From Torpedo marmorata (lineage: Eukaryota), in NCBI GenBank assembly GCA_977017645.1, contig OZ360227.1:125302001-125366000 (forward strand): a DNA stretch of 64,000 nt. Direction: 5' to 3'. A program made the translations under genes and the position numbers. Of the stretch, positions 11,968 through 23,530 are shown one piece after another (position 1 is the stretch's first letter; each line of letters begins with the position of its first letter). The notes beneath the pieces were generated by a model. It did not search any database. It was not told the DNA's origin and saw only the letters and a list, made by a program, of their open reading frames with translations.

Positions 11968-13554
11968 ATGAGTTCCAGCGAAGTCTCACTGAAGCTCCCG
12001 ACTTTCTGGTCCACTCAGCCCCACGTATGGTTCGAGCAGGCCGAGGCCCAGTTCACAGTGCCGGATTAAGGTACGGCAGGGCCAGTAGCATTTATTTTAA
12101 TGGGCCCTAAATTGTGCCGACTGGCGCATGCGCGATCCTAAATAGTGCCGGCTGACGCATTCACGGTGAGGGGAAGTGTGACGGCGGCGAACGAAGTGCC
12201 AGCTGGCGCATGCGCAATGAGGGGGAAGTGTGACTGCGGAGCCCCCCCACCCCGAGAGAGTTTCTGACGCTGACCCTGCATGTCCGTTTTGGTAAATTTG
12301 AAATAGTCTTAATTATTCTTAACAAAATGGTGCTAGCTTTCTCAGATCACTATATATTCAGTGATTACCAGAGGCGTATCTAGGGAACATAGCGCCTATG
12401 ACAAGCACTGAAATTGCGCCTCCCCTCCCCTGTTAAAACTTACTTACACATTTTGTTAAAACAAAACTTACTTACGGTGGTGGCGGCTGGCTCAAAGCAG
12501 GATCAATTGCCGTCTTCGTTACCCATAATCCCCCACACAGCTGGAAACACTCTGCGTTTCCCTGGTGCTGGTAGAGCAGTTCCCGCTGCGTGGGGGATTA
12601 TGGGTAACGAAGACGGCCATTGCTCCCGCATTGAGCCATCGCCGCGAGCTTCCGGGGCGGCCCCGAAGCGGCTCGATCAGATGCTGGAGCTGCGCTCCGG
12701 TGAATTCCGGCAGCACTGCACCCCAGCTGCTACAGTGGCGCCCCCCTTAAATTTAAGGTTAGCGATTTTAGCCAATTATCACCTTTAATCGGGGTTATTA
12801 ACATAGATTATCAGTGTGGTATCTCATAGCCGCTGCACAAAGATGAAAACAAAAATGTTTCTCATAATTCATAGTACATAAACGCGGGGGCCCTTGGAAA
12901 TCTGAGGCCCATAGCATATGCAACTTTCGCTACTACGTTAATCCGGCCCTGCCAGTTCAACATCAGGGACATCATAGCCGATGCCACGAGGTACTACTAC
13001 GTGGTCAGTGCGCTCGACCAGGAGACAGCAGGCCGGATCGTTGACTTCCTCCATCAACCACCTACAGAGGACAGGTACATTAAGATCAAGGCGCTCCTGC
13101 TCCAAACTTTCGGCCTCTCCCGCCGCGAACGGGCCGCGCGGCTCCTCCAGATGGATGGCCTGGGCGATCACACACCGTCCGAGCTAATGAACAATATGCT
13201 GGCACTCATGGACGGCCATAAACCATGTTTTCTATTCGAACAGCTGTTCCTCCAGCAGACGCCCGAGGACATTCGCCTCCTGCTCGCAAGTGAGGATTTC
13301 AGCGACCCTCGCAAGGTCGCAGCCAAAGCAGATGTCCTTTGGCAGAGTAGGCAATGGAGAGCCACCTCCCTGGGCCTTGCTGCAATCACGCCCCCCAAAA
13401 CCCCGACCCCAAAACCAAAACCGCCAAAGGCCACGGGGACAAAGATGATGGTTCAGACCTATGGTGTTTCTACCACCAAAGATGGGGCCATGGCGCACGC
13501 CGCTGCCGTCCACCATGTGCGTTTCTGGGAAACGCCAGGGCCAGCCGTCGCTAA
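11968..13554 (+). pseudogene. gag: Gypsy gag, split by a hAT insertion and frameshifted near 13390-13430
   Basis: MSSSEVSLKLPTFWSTQPHVWFEQAEAQF continues in frame after removing the insert as NIRDIIADATRYYYVVSALDQETAGRIVD. C-terminal zinc knuckle CFYHQRWGHGARRCRPPC; stop TAA at 13552-13554. Confidence 0.92.
12056..12951. mobile_element. Non-autonomous hAT-type (Tip100-like) DNA transposon, 896 bp
   Basis: TIRs CAGTGCCGGATTAAGGTA / TACGTTAATCCGGCCCTG (16/18 match) and a perfect 8-bp TSD CCAGTTCA (12048-12055, 12952-12959); no transposase ORF. Confidence 0.92.
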
Positions 13555-13572
13555 TGGCCATGACGGCTGGCC
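13527..13572 (+). promoter_or_regulatory. -1 programmed ribosomal frameshift signal (gag-pol)
   Basis: G GGA AAC (13527-13533) in the gag reading phase, 5-nt spacer, perfect 11-bp stem GGCCAGCCGTC (13539-13549) / GACGGCTGGCC (13562-13572); the protease ORF is in the -1 frame. Confidence 0.85.
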
Positions 13573-16500
13573 ACCGAGACTGCCTACTGCACATTTGGGA
13601 CCGGCACTCCGGGCGGTGTTTCCTAGTAGATACCGGAGCCGAAATCAGCGTCCTCCCGTCCTTGAACATGGACACACGCAACGCAACTCCAGGCCCGGAG
13701 CTGACCACCGCGAACGGCACAACCATCCGCACTTTTGGCAAATGGACCATTCCGCTAGATTTCGGGTCCACTCGTTTCACTTGGACTTTTACGGTGGCGG
13801 CGGTTTCACAGCCATTACTCGGAGCAGATTTTTTACGGGCCAAAGGTTTCCTGGTCGACCGGAAAGGCTGAAGGTTGGTCCATGTGGAGACGTTCCAAAC
13901 ACTCCAGCTCGGCGAGGCCAACCTTCCAGTTCCATTTGGACTCCGTGAAGCTCTCCGGAAACTAATTCACTAGGGTTTTGGCAGATTTCCCCTCCATCGT
14001 TACCCCGCAGTTCTCCACCTTCGGCCTTAAACATGGCGTGCAGCACCACATCTCTACAACAGGTCCACCTCTACACGCCCGAGCTCGCAGGCTCCCACCC
14101 GACAAGCTACACCTGGCCAAAGAGGAGTTCCGCAAGATGGAGGAAATGGGGATTGTCTGCCGCTCGGACAGTCCGTGGGCATTCCCGCTGCACATGGTGC
14201 CCAAGTCCACAGGAGGATGGAGGCCCTGCGGTGACTATAGAAGGTTGAACGACGCCATGACTGCTGACAGGTACCCGATACCCCACATCCAGGATTTTAC
14301 AGCGAACCTGCACGGAGCCACCATCTTCTCTCAGGTCGACCTAGTCCGGGGATACCACCAGATCCCAGTGCACCCCGACGACGTTCCAAAGACGGCCCTC
14401 ATCACTCCGTTCGGCCTTTTCAAGTTCCTGAGGATGCCATTCGGCCTGAAAAACGCTGCACAGACTTTTCAAAGGCTCATGGACTCGGTAGGACGTGGCC
14501 TAGATTTCGCTTTCATCTACTTGGATGACATCCTGGTGGCAAGCAGCTCACGCCAGGAGCACGCTGCACACCTGCGCCAACTCTGCCGATGCCTGAGTGA
14601 CTTCGGGTTAGCAATTAACCCAGCAAAGTGCCAGTTCGGGTGGACGGAAATTGATTTCTTAGGCTATAGGGTTAACCAAGACGGCGCTTTCCCTCTGCCA
14701 GACAAGGTCCAGGCCATTCGCCAGTTCCCAAGCCCACCACAGTGAAAGGCCTGCAGGAATTCGTGGGTATGGTCAACTTCTATCACCGTTTCGTTCTGGC
14801 GGCAGCACACATAATGAGGCCTTTGTTCACCCTGATGGCAGGCAAGTCCAAAGACGTCACTCGGGACACGGCGTCAAACGAAGCTTTTGAGCAGGTCAAG
14901 GAGGCGCTGGCAAACGCTTCCCTTTTAGCACACCCGAGGGCTGAAGCCCCCACGGCGCTTACGCTCAACGCATCCGACACGGCCATAGGGGGAGTCCTCG
15001 AACAGCTCGTCAAGCGTCAGTGGCGACCACTCGCCTTTTTCAGCCGGCACCTGCGACCGCCAGATGTAAAATACAATGCTTTTGACAAACAGCTTCTGGC
15101 ACTCTACCTGGCTGACCGACACTTCCGGTACTTCCTGGAGGGGAGAGAGTTCACCGCCTACACGGACCACAAGCCCCTCACCTACGCTCTGGCTAAAGTC
15201 TCGGACCCATGGTCAGCCCGGCAACAGAGGCACCTGTCGTTCATCTCAGAGTTCACTTCCGACGTCCGCCACATTGCAGGGAAGAACAACGTCATCGCCG
15301 ACGCACTGACTCGCCCCACACTCCTCTCGGTGGGCACCTCGTCCTCGGGCATTGACTACATGGCACTAGCGGCGGCACAGCAAGCAGACCCTGAAATGCC
15401 GGCCTATCGCACCGCCGTCTCAGGCCTCCAGCTACAGAACGTCCCTTTCGGCCCATCAGCAGACCGGCTCCTTTGCGACTTTTCCACAGATAGGCCCAGA
15501 CCAGTGGTTCCGGCAGCGTGGAGACGCCGGGTGTTCGATACTCTGCACAACCTGTCCCATCCATCCATCCGAGTGTCTATTAAACTCGTGGCGGACAGAT
15601 TTGTCTGGCACGGATTGCGCAAGCAAGTGGGACACTGGGCCAGAACCTGCGTTCACTGCCAAGCCTCCAAGGTACAGCGACATGTTAAGGCCCCGCTCCA
15701 GCAGTTGCGGCTGCCAGACAGGAGGTTCCAATACTTCCATGTGGACATCGTCGGTCCACTGCCAGTCTCCCGGGGCTCCAGGTACCTGTTTACCATGGTG
15801 GATCAGTTCACCAGATGGCCAGAGGCAGTCCCGCTCACAGAAGCCTCCACGGAGGCTTGCGCCAGAGCACTGATCACCAACTGGATCGCCAGGTTCAGTC
15901 TACCCATGGACATCACTTCGGACAGAGGGGCGCAGTTCACTTCGACTTTGTGGACGGCATTGGCACAACTCCTGGGCACACAACTGCATCACACCACGGT
16001 GTACCACCCCCAGTCCAATGGCCTGGTAGAACGTTTCCACCGCCACTTCAAGTCGGCCCTGATGGCTCGCCTGGAAGGCCCAAACTGGTCAGATGAGCTT
16101 CCCTGGGTCCTGCTGGGCATTCGGACCGCCCCTAATGAGGACTTGAGTTCTTCCTCCGCAGAGTTAGTTTATGGCGCCCCCCCTGATGGTACCAGGCGAA
16201 TTCATTCCAGAGGCCAGCAGTATGGAAGAGACTCCAGCTGCGGTGCTGACGAGACTGCGGGACAAGGTAGGGACCCTTGCACCGGTCCCGACCTCCAAAC
16301 ATGGCCCAACACCATCTTTCACCCCCAAGGACCTGCAAGACTGTGAGTATGTCTTTATTCGCAGGAGCACACACAGGTCACCTCTACAGTGACCGTACGA
16401 GGGACCGTTCAAGGAGATCCAGAGGAATGGAACCACGTGCATTGTGGAGGTGGGTGACCGGCAAGAGACTTTTACAATAGACCGCCTGAAACCGGCACAC

Positions 16501-16610
16501 TTGGACATTGACCAGCCGGTAAGTGTGCCCGCACCGCGATGGCGAGGCCAGCCACCCAAACAATGCGCACAGGATGGGAGCTCCAGGTCCCCGATGGATG
16601 TTTCTGGGGG
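13527..16610 (+). pseudogene. pol: Gypsy pol (protease, RT, RNase H, integrase), disrupted
   Basis: PR FLVDTGAEISVLP; [16 protein letters not shown]...YLDDILV; RH LTLNASDTAIGGVL...YTDHKPL...NVIADAL; IN HHCC (LHNLSHPS...CVHCQ), HVDIVGP, ITSDRGAQF, HPQSNGLVER, then YEGPF. Stops at 13869 and 16390; frameshifts near 13930, 14730 and 16180. Confidence 0.95.
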
Positions 16611-16616
16611 TGGTGG
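16606..16616 (+). other. Polypurine tract
   Basis: GGGGGTGGTGG immediately before the TGTA start of the 3' LTR. Confidence 0.75.
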
Positions 16617-16802
16617 TGTAGCGACACGCACTCGCGGGTCTCGAACCGCCATCGGACACAACGGGGCGTCCGGAACTATGCGCTTGGGGCGGGACTTACG
16701 GAAAGGGCGCTGACGTCACTTCTGCCCCGGGAATATTTCAGTGTTTTGAATCCAGTAAAGACTCCATGATTGAACTCCACAGTCTCTGCGTCTTTAATCG
16801 AT
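16617..16802 (+). repeat. Gypsy 3' LTR, last 22 nt missing
   Basis: Starts TGTAGCG; identity with the 5' LTR stops at tctttaatcgat (16802). Confidence 0.95.
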
Positions 16803-17194
16803 TGATAACAGGCCCATGACCATTCAAAGTGGAGAAGAAGCAATTTGAATGTATTGAGAACTTTGAGTCTGTGCACCAGAGGCCGACACAAGAAGGGGAC
16901 CATCACACAAACTACCCTCCTGTCTGACCTATCAGACCTACCTTCATGTTCATCTCATCAGTCACCTCAAAAGCTAGAGAACCATGCAGAAGTGAGTCAT
17001 CTTTGATCATGAGGGATTGTCAAAGAATAAGAGTACAACCACTGCAATTTGCAGTGGAAGAATTTGTATGCCTATTGAACAGTATTTTGGCCCCTAGGTG
17101 GCTCCACATAGGCATTTTGTGGCGTTTTTGCCTATCATGAATTTACAGATCACAAAGTGCTATAGAAGTCTAATATACTGTATGTATATCTAAT

Positions 17195-17520
17195 GACCTT
17201 GAAATTACAAACCTCCAGATTGAAAGACAGTTTCTTTCTTGCTGCTATCAGACTCCTGAAAGTATCTCAAACATGTAAAAACTGATGCCCCTGCACTGTT
17301 CAATTGTACTTCTCTCTGTATCCTGGACTTTTTTCCAATAATACTATACTATACTATACCCTGCACTTCTTGAATTTACTGTAACACCAAACCCCGCACT
17401 TATGTTTTATTATTGTACTATCCTCTGTATTTAAATATACTGTAGGTTGACCTAGATTGCAGGCAAAACAAAATGTTTCACTGTGTCTGGATACACATAA
17501 CAAGAAACAATTCAGTTCAT
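17195..17520 (+). mobile_element. Old Rex1-type 3' end
   Basis: ccagattgaaagacagtttctttcttgctgctatcagactcctgaa followed by a 3' UTR. Confidence 0.55.
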
Positions 17521-17696
17521 TTTAAATCTGATCTGTAACCACAATTGGCTCAATTGTGCAAGAACTATACTCAAATTTGTCCTGATCCTCCATGCATCAC
17601 AGGTATATCATTAATTATATCAAACCACTGGCATTCTTTGATCTATAAGGAACATCTTTTTGTGAGGTGTTTCATTGTCTATAGCTTAGAAATAAT

Positions 17697-17978
17697 TTAA
17701 ATTTTTTAAAAATTTACATTTTTTATATTTAAATTTAGACATTCAGCACGGTAACAGGCCCTTTTGGCCCACGAGTCTGTGCCGCCCAATTTACACCCAA
17801 TTAACCTACACCCCCGGTATGTTTCAAATGGTGGGAGGAAACCGGAGCCCCTGGGGAAAACTCACTCTGACACAGGGAGATTGTACAAACTCCTTACAAC
17901 AGCGCGGGATTCGAACCCGGGTCCCGATCGCTGGCGCTGTAAAGGCGTTGTGCTAACCACTATGCCAACCTTACCACC
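17697..17978 (-). mobile_element. V-SINE (HE1-like)
   Basis: Reverse complement of the 3450-3722 family; B-box ggattcgaacc on +. Confidence 0.9.
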
Positions 17979-18324
17979 CATAATACCTCTACTATTTATC
18001 ATAGTGATGTCTGATTGACTTTTCATTAACTGTATTTTCAGTCTCCTTTCCCACATGAACTGAGCTTTTTGCTTCCCCATTTTAAACTGAGTGGTAAGGT
18101 GGCAAAATGGTGTTTCATCCATTGCTTTCATAAATTGTACAAACAATCAAATTTGTGGACCATATTTTTGTGTGATGTCTTCTGGAGGACCATTTGTGAT
18201 AGATGTGGATCTTATTTCTTCTGTTGTGAATTCTGTGACTGCACATGGAAAAGCTGTTGATTAATATTGAAATGTTGTACATACTTTTTCACAATAGTTT
18301 AAATGGATTTATCAGTTTGTTGGT

Positions 18325-18642
18325 GTCTTCCACATCCTTCTCTCTCCTTTCCTCCAGCTCTGCACCCCTTCACTCTCCAGTCAGAGAGACATCTCCTCCC
18401 CCTATCACTTCTCAGCATTTTTCTCTTGTTCTCTCCCACCCATATCCATCCATGATGACCTCCATGATGACCATCCATGATGACCTCTTGCCTGTGGGCC
18501 TGTGCTCCACCCCCCAGGTGTCTGCCTGCTTTTTCTCATACCTTGATGAAGGGCTCAGGCCCAAAATGTTGGTTATATATATTTCTCTTTGCTACATAAA
18601 GAACGCTGTGCGACTTGCTGGTTTCTCCAGCATTTTTGTGTA
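18325..18642 (+). mobile_element. Penelope 3' UTR / terminal repeat with hammerhead motif
   Basis: Pyrimidine-rich UTR homologous to 61800-62125; acc-ttgatga-agggctcaggccc-aaaat-gtt-ggt at about 18540-18573; internal triplication of TCCATGATGACC. Confidence 0.8.
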
Positions 18643-19564
18643 AGCTACAGGCGGTTGTGTTCTGCAACTGTGACAGACTGTGCCTTGATAGTCTACACCT
18701 TTATCGATGCCAAGCCAATGAACAAAGGCTCATGTTATTGCCTTTGATTTGACTATATCAAACATATCAATTTATATTACATTGTTCTCCCTGGAGCTTT
18801 TTCACTATCAAATTTTGCAAATCTCTCAGTATCACCACCTTATGTCCCCATTTGATGCAATTTTGGTTGTTGGACAACTCAGAGACTATAATGAAATTGC
18901 TTTTGCCTTCATTTAGACTTGGGTCTGAATCAGTTCATGCATAAGGTCTGCTCATGTGCATGCTATAAAATTGGATATATTTATTTTGATTTAGCTATTT
19001 CCACAACTGTGAAAGAAAAATTGTTTTCTTCCTCCTAAAGAGTGCCAATTCCATTTTCTACAGTTGCTGTGGCTTCTTCATTAGATAGTCTCTACAATGC
19101 TCACCTCGAACATAATGTTTGGACATGATGCACTTAATATTTTTGCTGCCTTGGGATAATAAGATAGCTTACCTCTTACCTTGATGCAGCCTTTGTGGGA
19201 AAGAGACTTTTATTCTGAAAGCCCAGTACAGACTTGTGGTCTGTAACTAATTATCAGCAAAAATCAGTGAAAGTTTGCAAATGTTATTACTAATGCCTCT
19301 TTCCGTACCTGAATGTAATTTTCCTCTCACTTTGGTCACTATGCATAATACGTAAGCAGTCAGCTTCTCACAGCCAGTATCTATGCCAACTCGTTGGCTC
19401 GAAGCAAGTTTCAATGAACATTTGCTGCCACAGAAGAGACTTACTGCTGAGACTTTCCTTTCAAAGATCATTCTCCTCTGGTTTCCATTGCATGGTTTGC
19501 TTTGTTTCAACAGTTGATGAAGTAACATCAATGTTGTAAGATTAGCTAAATATCTAATGCAATA

Positions 19565-19655
19565 ATTCTCTTGGATGCTGTGTGACCTGTTGAGTTTCTC
19601 CAGCACTTTTATGTATTGCATTAGCTTCAGCATCTGAAAATTTTCTTGTTTATCT
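19565..19655 (+). mobile_element. Penelope terminal-repeat end
   Basis: ggatgctgtgtgacctgttgagtttctccagcac...cagcatctg. Confidence 0.7.
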
Positions 19656-19965
19656 CAAGCTAAAAATCTCATGCAGCATTAGATAATACTAAGACACAAC
19701 TGAAGCATAGTAATGTTTTTGGGTTATTTTTGGCCCCGATGATGGCCTCAGCATTGTCTTTAGCTGGCTGAGGGATAGTTTTGCATAAAGAAATCAGTTC
19801 CTTTTGCTCAAAGGATTGTTTTAAGCTTGATATTACTTTGAACGTGTTTTTCCTAAAATATGCTTAACTCTGCATATAGGGCTATGTGATCTTGCATACT
19901 ACAATGAAAGCATCCTCATGCTCTGACCTGACACTTTTGTTGAATTATTCCCATTGCAACAGTAG

Positions 19966-21420
19966 GATTTCAGATTAATTGTACATACACAATATCACAT
20001 ACAACCCTGAGATGTTTTTTTCCTGCGGGTGAGGCAGAATTACCACTTATTGGCAGTGCAAAAAAAAAACCTGACTCAACTTACTCAAGTAAACAAATAA
20101 TGAAATGTAAACAAACTGACTGTGCAATACAGTGAGAGAAAAAAATCAATAAAGCAAAGGTAAGAGTCTTTAATTAAGTCCCTGATTGAGTTTGTTGTTG
20201 AGGAGGGGTACAGCTGTTCCTGAACCCTGGCTGTGAGTCTTGTGGCACCTATACCTCTTTCCCGATGGTAGCAGCGAGAACAGAGCAGAGCTTGTGCTGG
20301 GTGGTGTGGATCCTTGATGATTGCTGCTGCACTCCGACAGCAGTATTCCCTGTAGATGTTCTCAATGGTGCGTAGGATTTTACCTGTGATGTTCTGGGAT
20401 GTGTCCACTACCTTTTGCAGGGCTTTACGCTCAGGGGCATTGGTATTCTCATACCAGACCATGATGCAGCCGGTCGGCGCACATTCCACCACACATCTGT
20501 AGAAATTTGCTAGGGTTTCCGATATCATGCCAAACCTCCGCAAACTCCAGAGGAAATAGAGGCGCTGACGTGCTTTCTTCACGATGCCATTTTTGTGTTG
20601 GGTCCAGGGAAGATCCTCCAAGATAGTGACTCCCAAGAACTTAAATTTTCTCACCCTCTTCACCTCTGATCCCCCAATGATCATTGGATCGAACACCTTT
20701 GGTTTTCCCTTCCTGAAGTCAACAATCAGCTCCATGGTTTTGGTGACATTGGGTGCAAGGTTGTTGTTAGTGCACCATTCAGCCAAGTTTTCAATCTCCC
20801 TCCTGTATGCTAACTCATCGCCCCCTTTTATACAACCCACTACCGTGGTATCATCAGCGAATTTGTAGATGGTGTTGTTGTCGTACCGAGCCACAAAGTA
20901 ATAGGTGTAAAGTGAGTAGAGCAGGGAGCTAAGAACACAGCCCTGTGGTGCTCCGGTAATGATGGAGATTGTGGAGGAGATGTTCTTACCAATCCTCACT
21001 GATTGTGGTATGCAGGTGAGAAAATCCAGGATCCAATTACATAGTTGGGTGTTGTCCCAGGTCTTGGAGTTTGCTGATCAATTTTGAGGGGATGATGGTG
21101 TTAAATGCTGAATTGAAATCGATAAAGAGCATCCTGACGTGTGCATCTTTGCTGTCCAGGTGTTACAATCTTTGTGTAGAGCCAGTGAGAGTAGTCCTGC
21201 TGCTACAATAGGTGAACTGGAACGGATCCATGTCACCGCTCAAACAGGAGCTGATATGCTTCAACACCTACCTTTCAAAACAGTTCATAATTGTTGATGT
21301 GAGTGCCATTGGTCGATAGTCATTTAGGCAGGTTACCACACTCTTCTTGGACACTGGTACGATTGACGTCTGTTTGAAACAGGTGGGTACAATGCCCTGC
21401 CAGAGTGAGATGTTGAACAG
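19966..21420 (-). mobile_element. Rex1/Babar-type LINE, 5'-truncated RT
   Basis: ORF 20085-20999(-): [46 protein letters not shown]; the upstream RT is fragmented. Confidence 0.92.
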
Positions 21421-21589
21421 AAAAAGGTTTTGCAATGGTGCTGCCCTTCGTGTTAGTCATGGGCACATAACCTGGACTTCATGTCACGACTCCCACTATT
21501 CCACCTGTCATTGACCTATATACCACCCTAACCCTAATGTTTTTTGCCTGCTGAAATTCCTTTGCCAGCGAAGAAGCCACTTCCAAGTA

Positions 21590-23070
21590 TATTTCAATTT
21601 TAACACGGGCGACCCGAGGCGCATGTGGCAAGATATTAAAACCATAATGGACTACAAGTCAACCTGGGGGTCAGTGATAATGACACCTCCCTTCCTGACA
21701 GTCTAAACACGTTCTTTGTACGGTTTGATGCAGAAAACAACACGATGCCAAAGAAAGCCCCGACCCCGCTGATGAACCGACACCCTGCATAGGCACAGCT
21801 GAGGTGAGGAGGATCCTGTCCAGGGTGAACTCACACAAAACAGCAGGACCAGATAACAGGGATTGTGTGGACCAGCTGACTGAGATCCTAATGGACATCT
21901 TCAATAACTCACTCCAGCAGTCCATTGTTCCCACAAGATTCAAGGCAGCCACCATCATCCAAGAGAGCGATGGAAGCTGAACTAAATGACTACCATATGG
22001 TGGCACTGACCTCCACAATTATACCTCAGAGGCTGGAGGATAAACTTCCTTGCTGGTACTCAGTATCCCTCTCTGCAACTGGATCCTGGAAATCTTGATT
22101 GAAAGACCACATTCTGTCTGGTTGGCAGCAAAACCTCAAGCTCATCACACTGAGCACTGGTGCACCTCAGGGCTGCATGCTCAGCCCGCTATTGTTCGCG
22201 CTGCTAACTCACGACTTTAATGCCAGGTTCAGCTCTGCCCGAATCATCAAGTTTGCAGATGACACAACGGTAGCTGGCCTCATTGACAACAATGATGAGT
22301 CAGTTTACAGAGAGGAGGCTGAAAGTCTTGTACAGTGGTGCAAGATCAACAATCTGAGTCTTAACGCGGATAAGATGAAGGAGATGATTGTGGACTTCAG
22401 GAGGACGAAGGACCACTCTCCACTACATATTAATGGCTCCATCATAGAGTGGGAAGCACAAAGTTCCTTGGCGTCCATGTAAAGGACGACCTATTTTGGA
22501 CCCACAACATCTCCTCATTAGTCGGGAAGGCGCAGCAGCACTTACACTTCCTTATAGAGGCAGGCAAGGCTACCGGCCACCATCTTAATAACATTCTACA
22601 GGAACACAATAGAGAGTGTCCTGGCTATCTGCTCCGTAGTGTGGTATGGTAGCTGAAAAGCATCAGATCGGAGGTCAGTACAGAGGGTGATTAAAACTGC
22701 TGAGAAGATCATTGGGTTCTCCCTTCCCTCAATCGACGACATCTACAGGGAGCGGTGCTTAAAGAGGACTCAGAGAATCATTGAGGACTCTTTCCATGCA
22801 GCTGCAGTATCTTTGAGACACAACCTTCAAGGAAGAGGTACAGGAGCATAAAAACCAGGACTGCCAAGCTGGGAAACAGCTTCTTCCCACATGTGGTGAG
22901 ACTTTTGAACAATCCTAGAAACCCATAAATTATTTTTATATCTATTTGGTTTGGATCGTTATGCATTTATGTCATTTGTGTGTAGGGTTTACTGTGTGTC
23001 TGTCTGTGTGCACTATGTTCCGGAGTGTAAATGTACAATGAGATCACAATAAACTTGAACTTGAACTTGA
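21590..23070 (+). mobile_element. Rex1/Babar-type LINE with internal deletions
   Basis: STGAPQGCMLSPLLFALLT...[25 protein letters not shown]; (CTTGAA)n tail. Confidence 0.9.
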
Positions 23071-23530
23071 TTGGAATGTTTTTAACTTGGTCTGGATGAG
23101 CTCATCAGTTAGTCCATACAAAAGTACTCCTTGCAGTGCGCAGTACAAACATGGTCCATAGTTGAAATGCTGCGACAGGGTATTTTAAAATCCCTAATCA
23201 CTTATCATCTCTCCTTCCTGCTGATATTCAGTTCTGAACTCAAAACTCTCCAGCATCTCCGAAAGGTTGAAATGGTCCTGCAGCTTTTCAATTAATTCTT
23301 AATTGGTAAGTATGACAATGTTACACAGGCTTTTGGCCATATTTTTCACAATTAAGATTGCTTTCATGCATTCCCACGTGAACTCATTCCAAGAACTTTA
23401 TTCACACCCTCTACTTTAATTATGTTCTTCACCCCACACAGCATCTCCACTGATTCAGCATACACAAAAGAGGGATCTTGCGTTTTGTCAGAACCACCGA
23501 GATTTCCAGAATGAGTGGCCTGGGTCTGAC
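23071..23530 (-). pseudogene. Ancient Gypsy gag remnant
   Basis: Manual minus-strand translation: SGNLGGSDKTQDPSFVYAESVEML..., then ELIEKLQDHFNLSEMLESFEFRTEYQQEGEMISD*...SQHFNYG..L..AL...L.YGLTDELIQTKL. This resembles the Gypsy gag major-homology-like region (QxEGESIxDY...LRDRLVCGL). Confidence 0.65.

Larger units (their letters stand above)
11716..16802 (+). mobile_element. Ty3/Gypsy LTR retrotransposon, near full length, mutated
   Basis: Two LTRs (8 differences over 173 aligned nt), PBS, PPT, and gag followed by pol in Gypsy order PR-RT-RH-IN; several frameshifts and stops. Confidence 0.97.
10740..17030 (+). mobile_element. Old RTE LINE remnant (about 10740-11715 and 16803-17030) hosting the Gypsy insertion
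   Basis: 11390-11600 resembles RTE ORF2 (...SRRLKIL...VSVLSQANVTSIEAII..SWL...). It resumes after the 3' LTR (ggcccatgaccattcaaagtggagaag) and ends gtcatctttgatcatgagggattgtc, like the minus-strand RTE end at 38097. Confidence 0.65.

Noticed and set aside
13232-13921. 229-aa antisense ORF and other overlapping ORFs in the Gypsy element
   Set aside because: Expected shadow ORFs in GC-rich coding DNA; no recognisable domain.
13430-13948. C-terminal half of the 315-aa ORF 13001-13948 as real protein
   Set aside because: Out-of-frame read-through after a frameshift; the true gag knuckle and the protease are in the other two frames.
16400-16616. env gene or chromodomain after integrase
   Set aside because: Only a short GPF-type integrase tail lies before the PPT; no room or motif for either.
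18449-18486. Triplicated TCCATGATGACC as a C/D-box snoRNA or CRISPR-like repeat
   Set aside because: Local slippage duplication inside a Penelope UTR; no spacers, no D-box partner, eukaryotic context.
19247-19633. 128-aa minus-strand ORF as a host gene
   Set aside because: It starts within a Penelope terminal repeat and the remainder has no recognisable homology.
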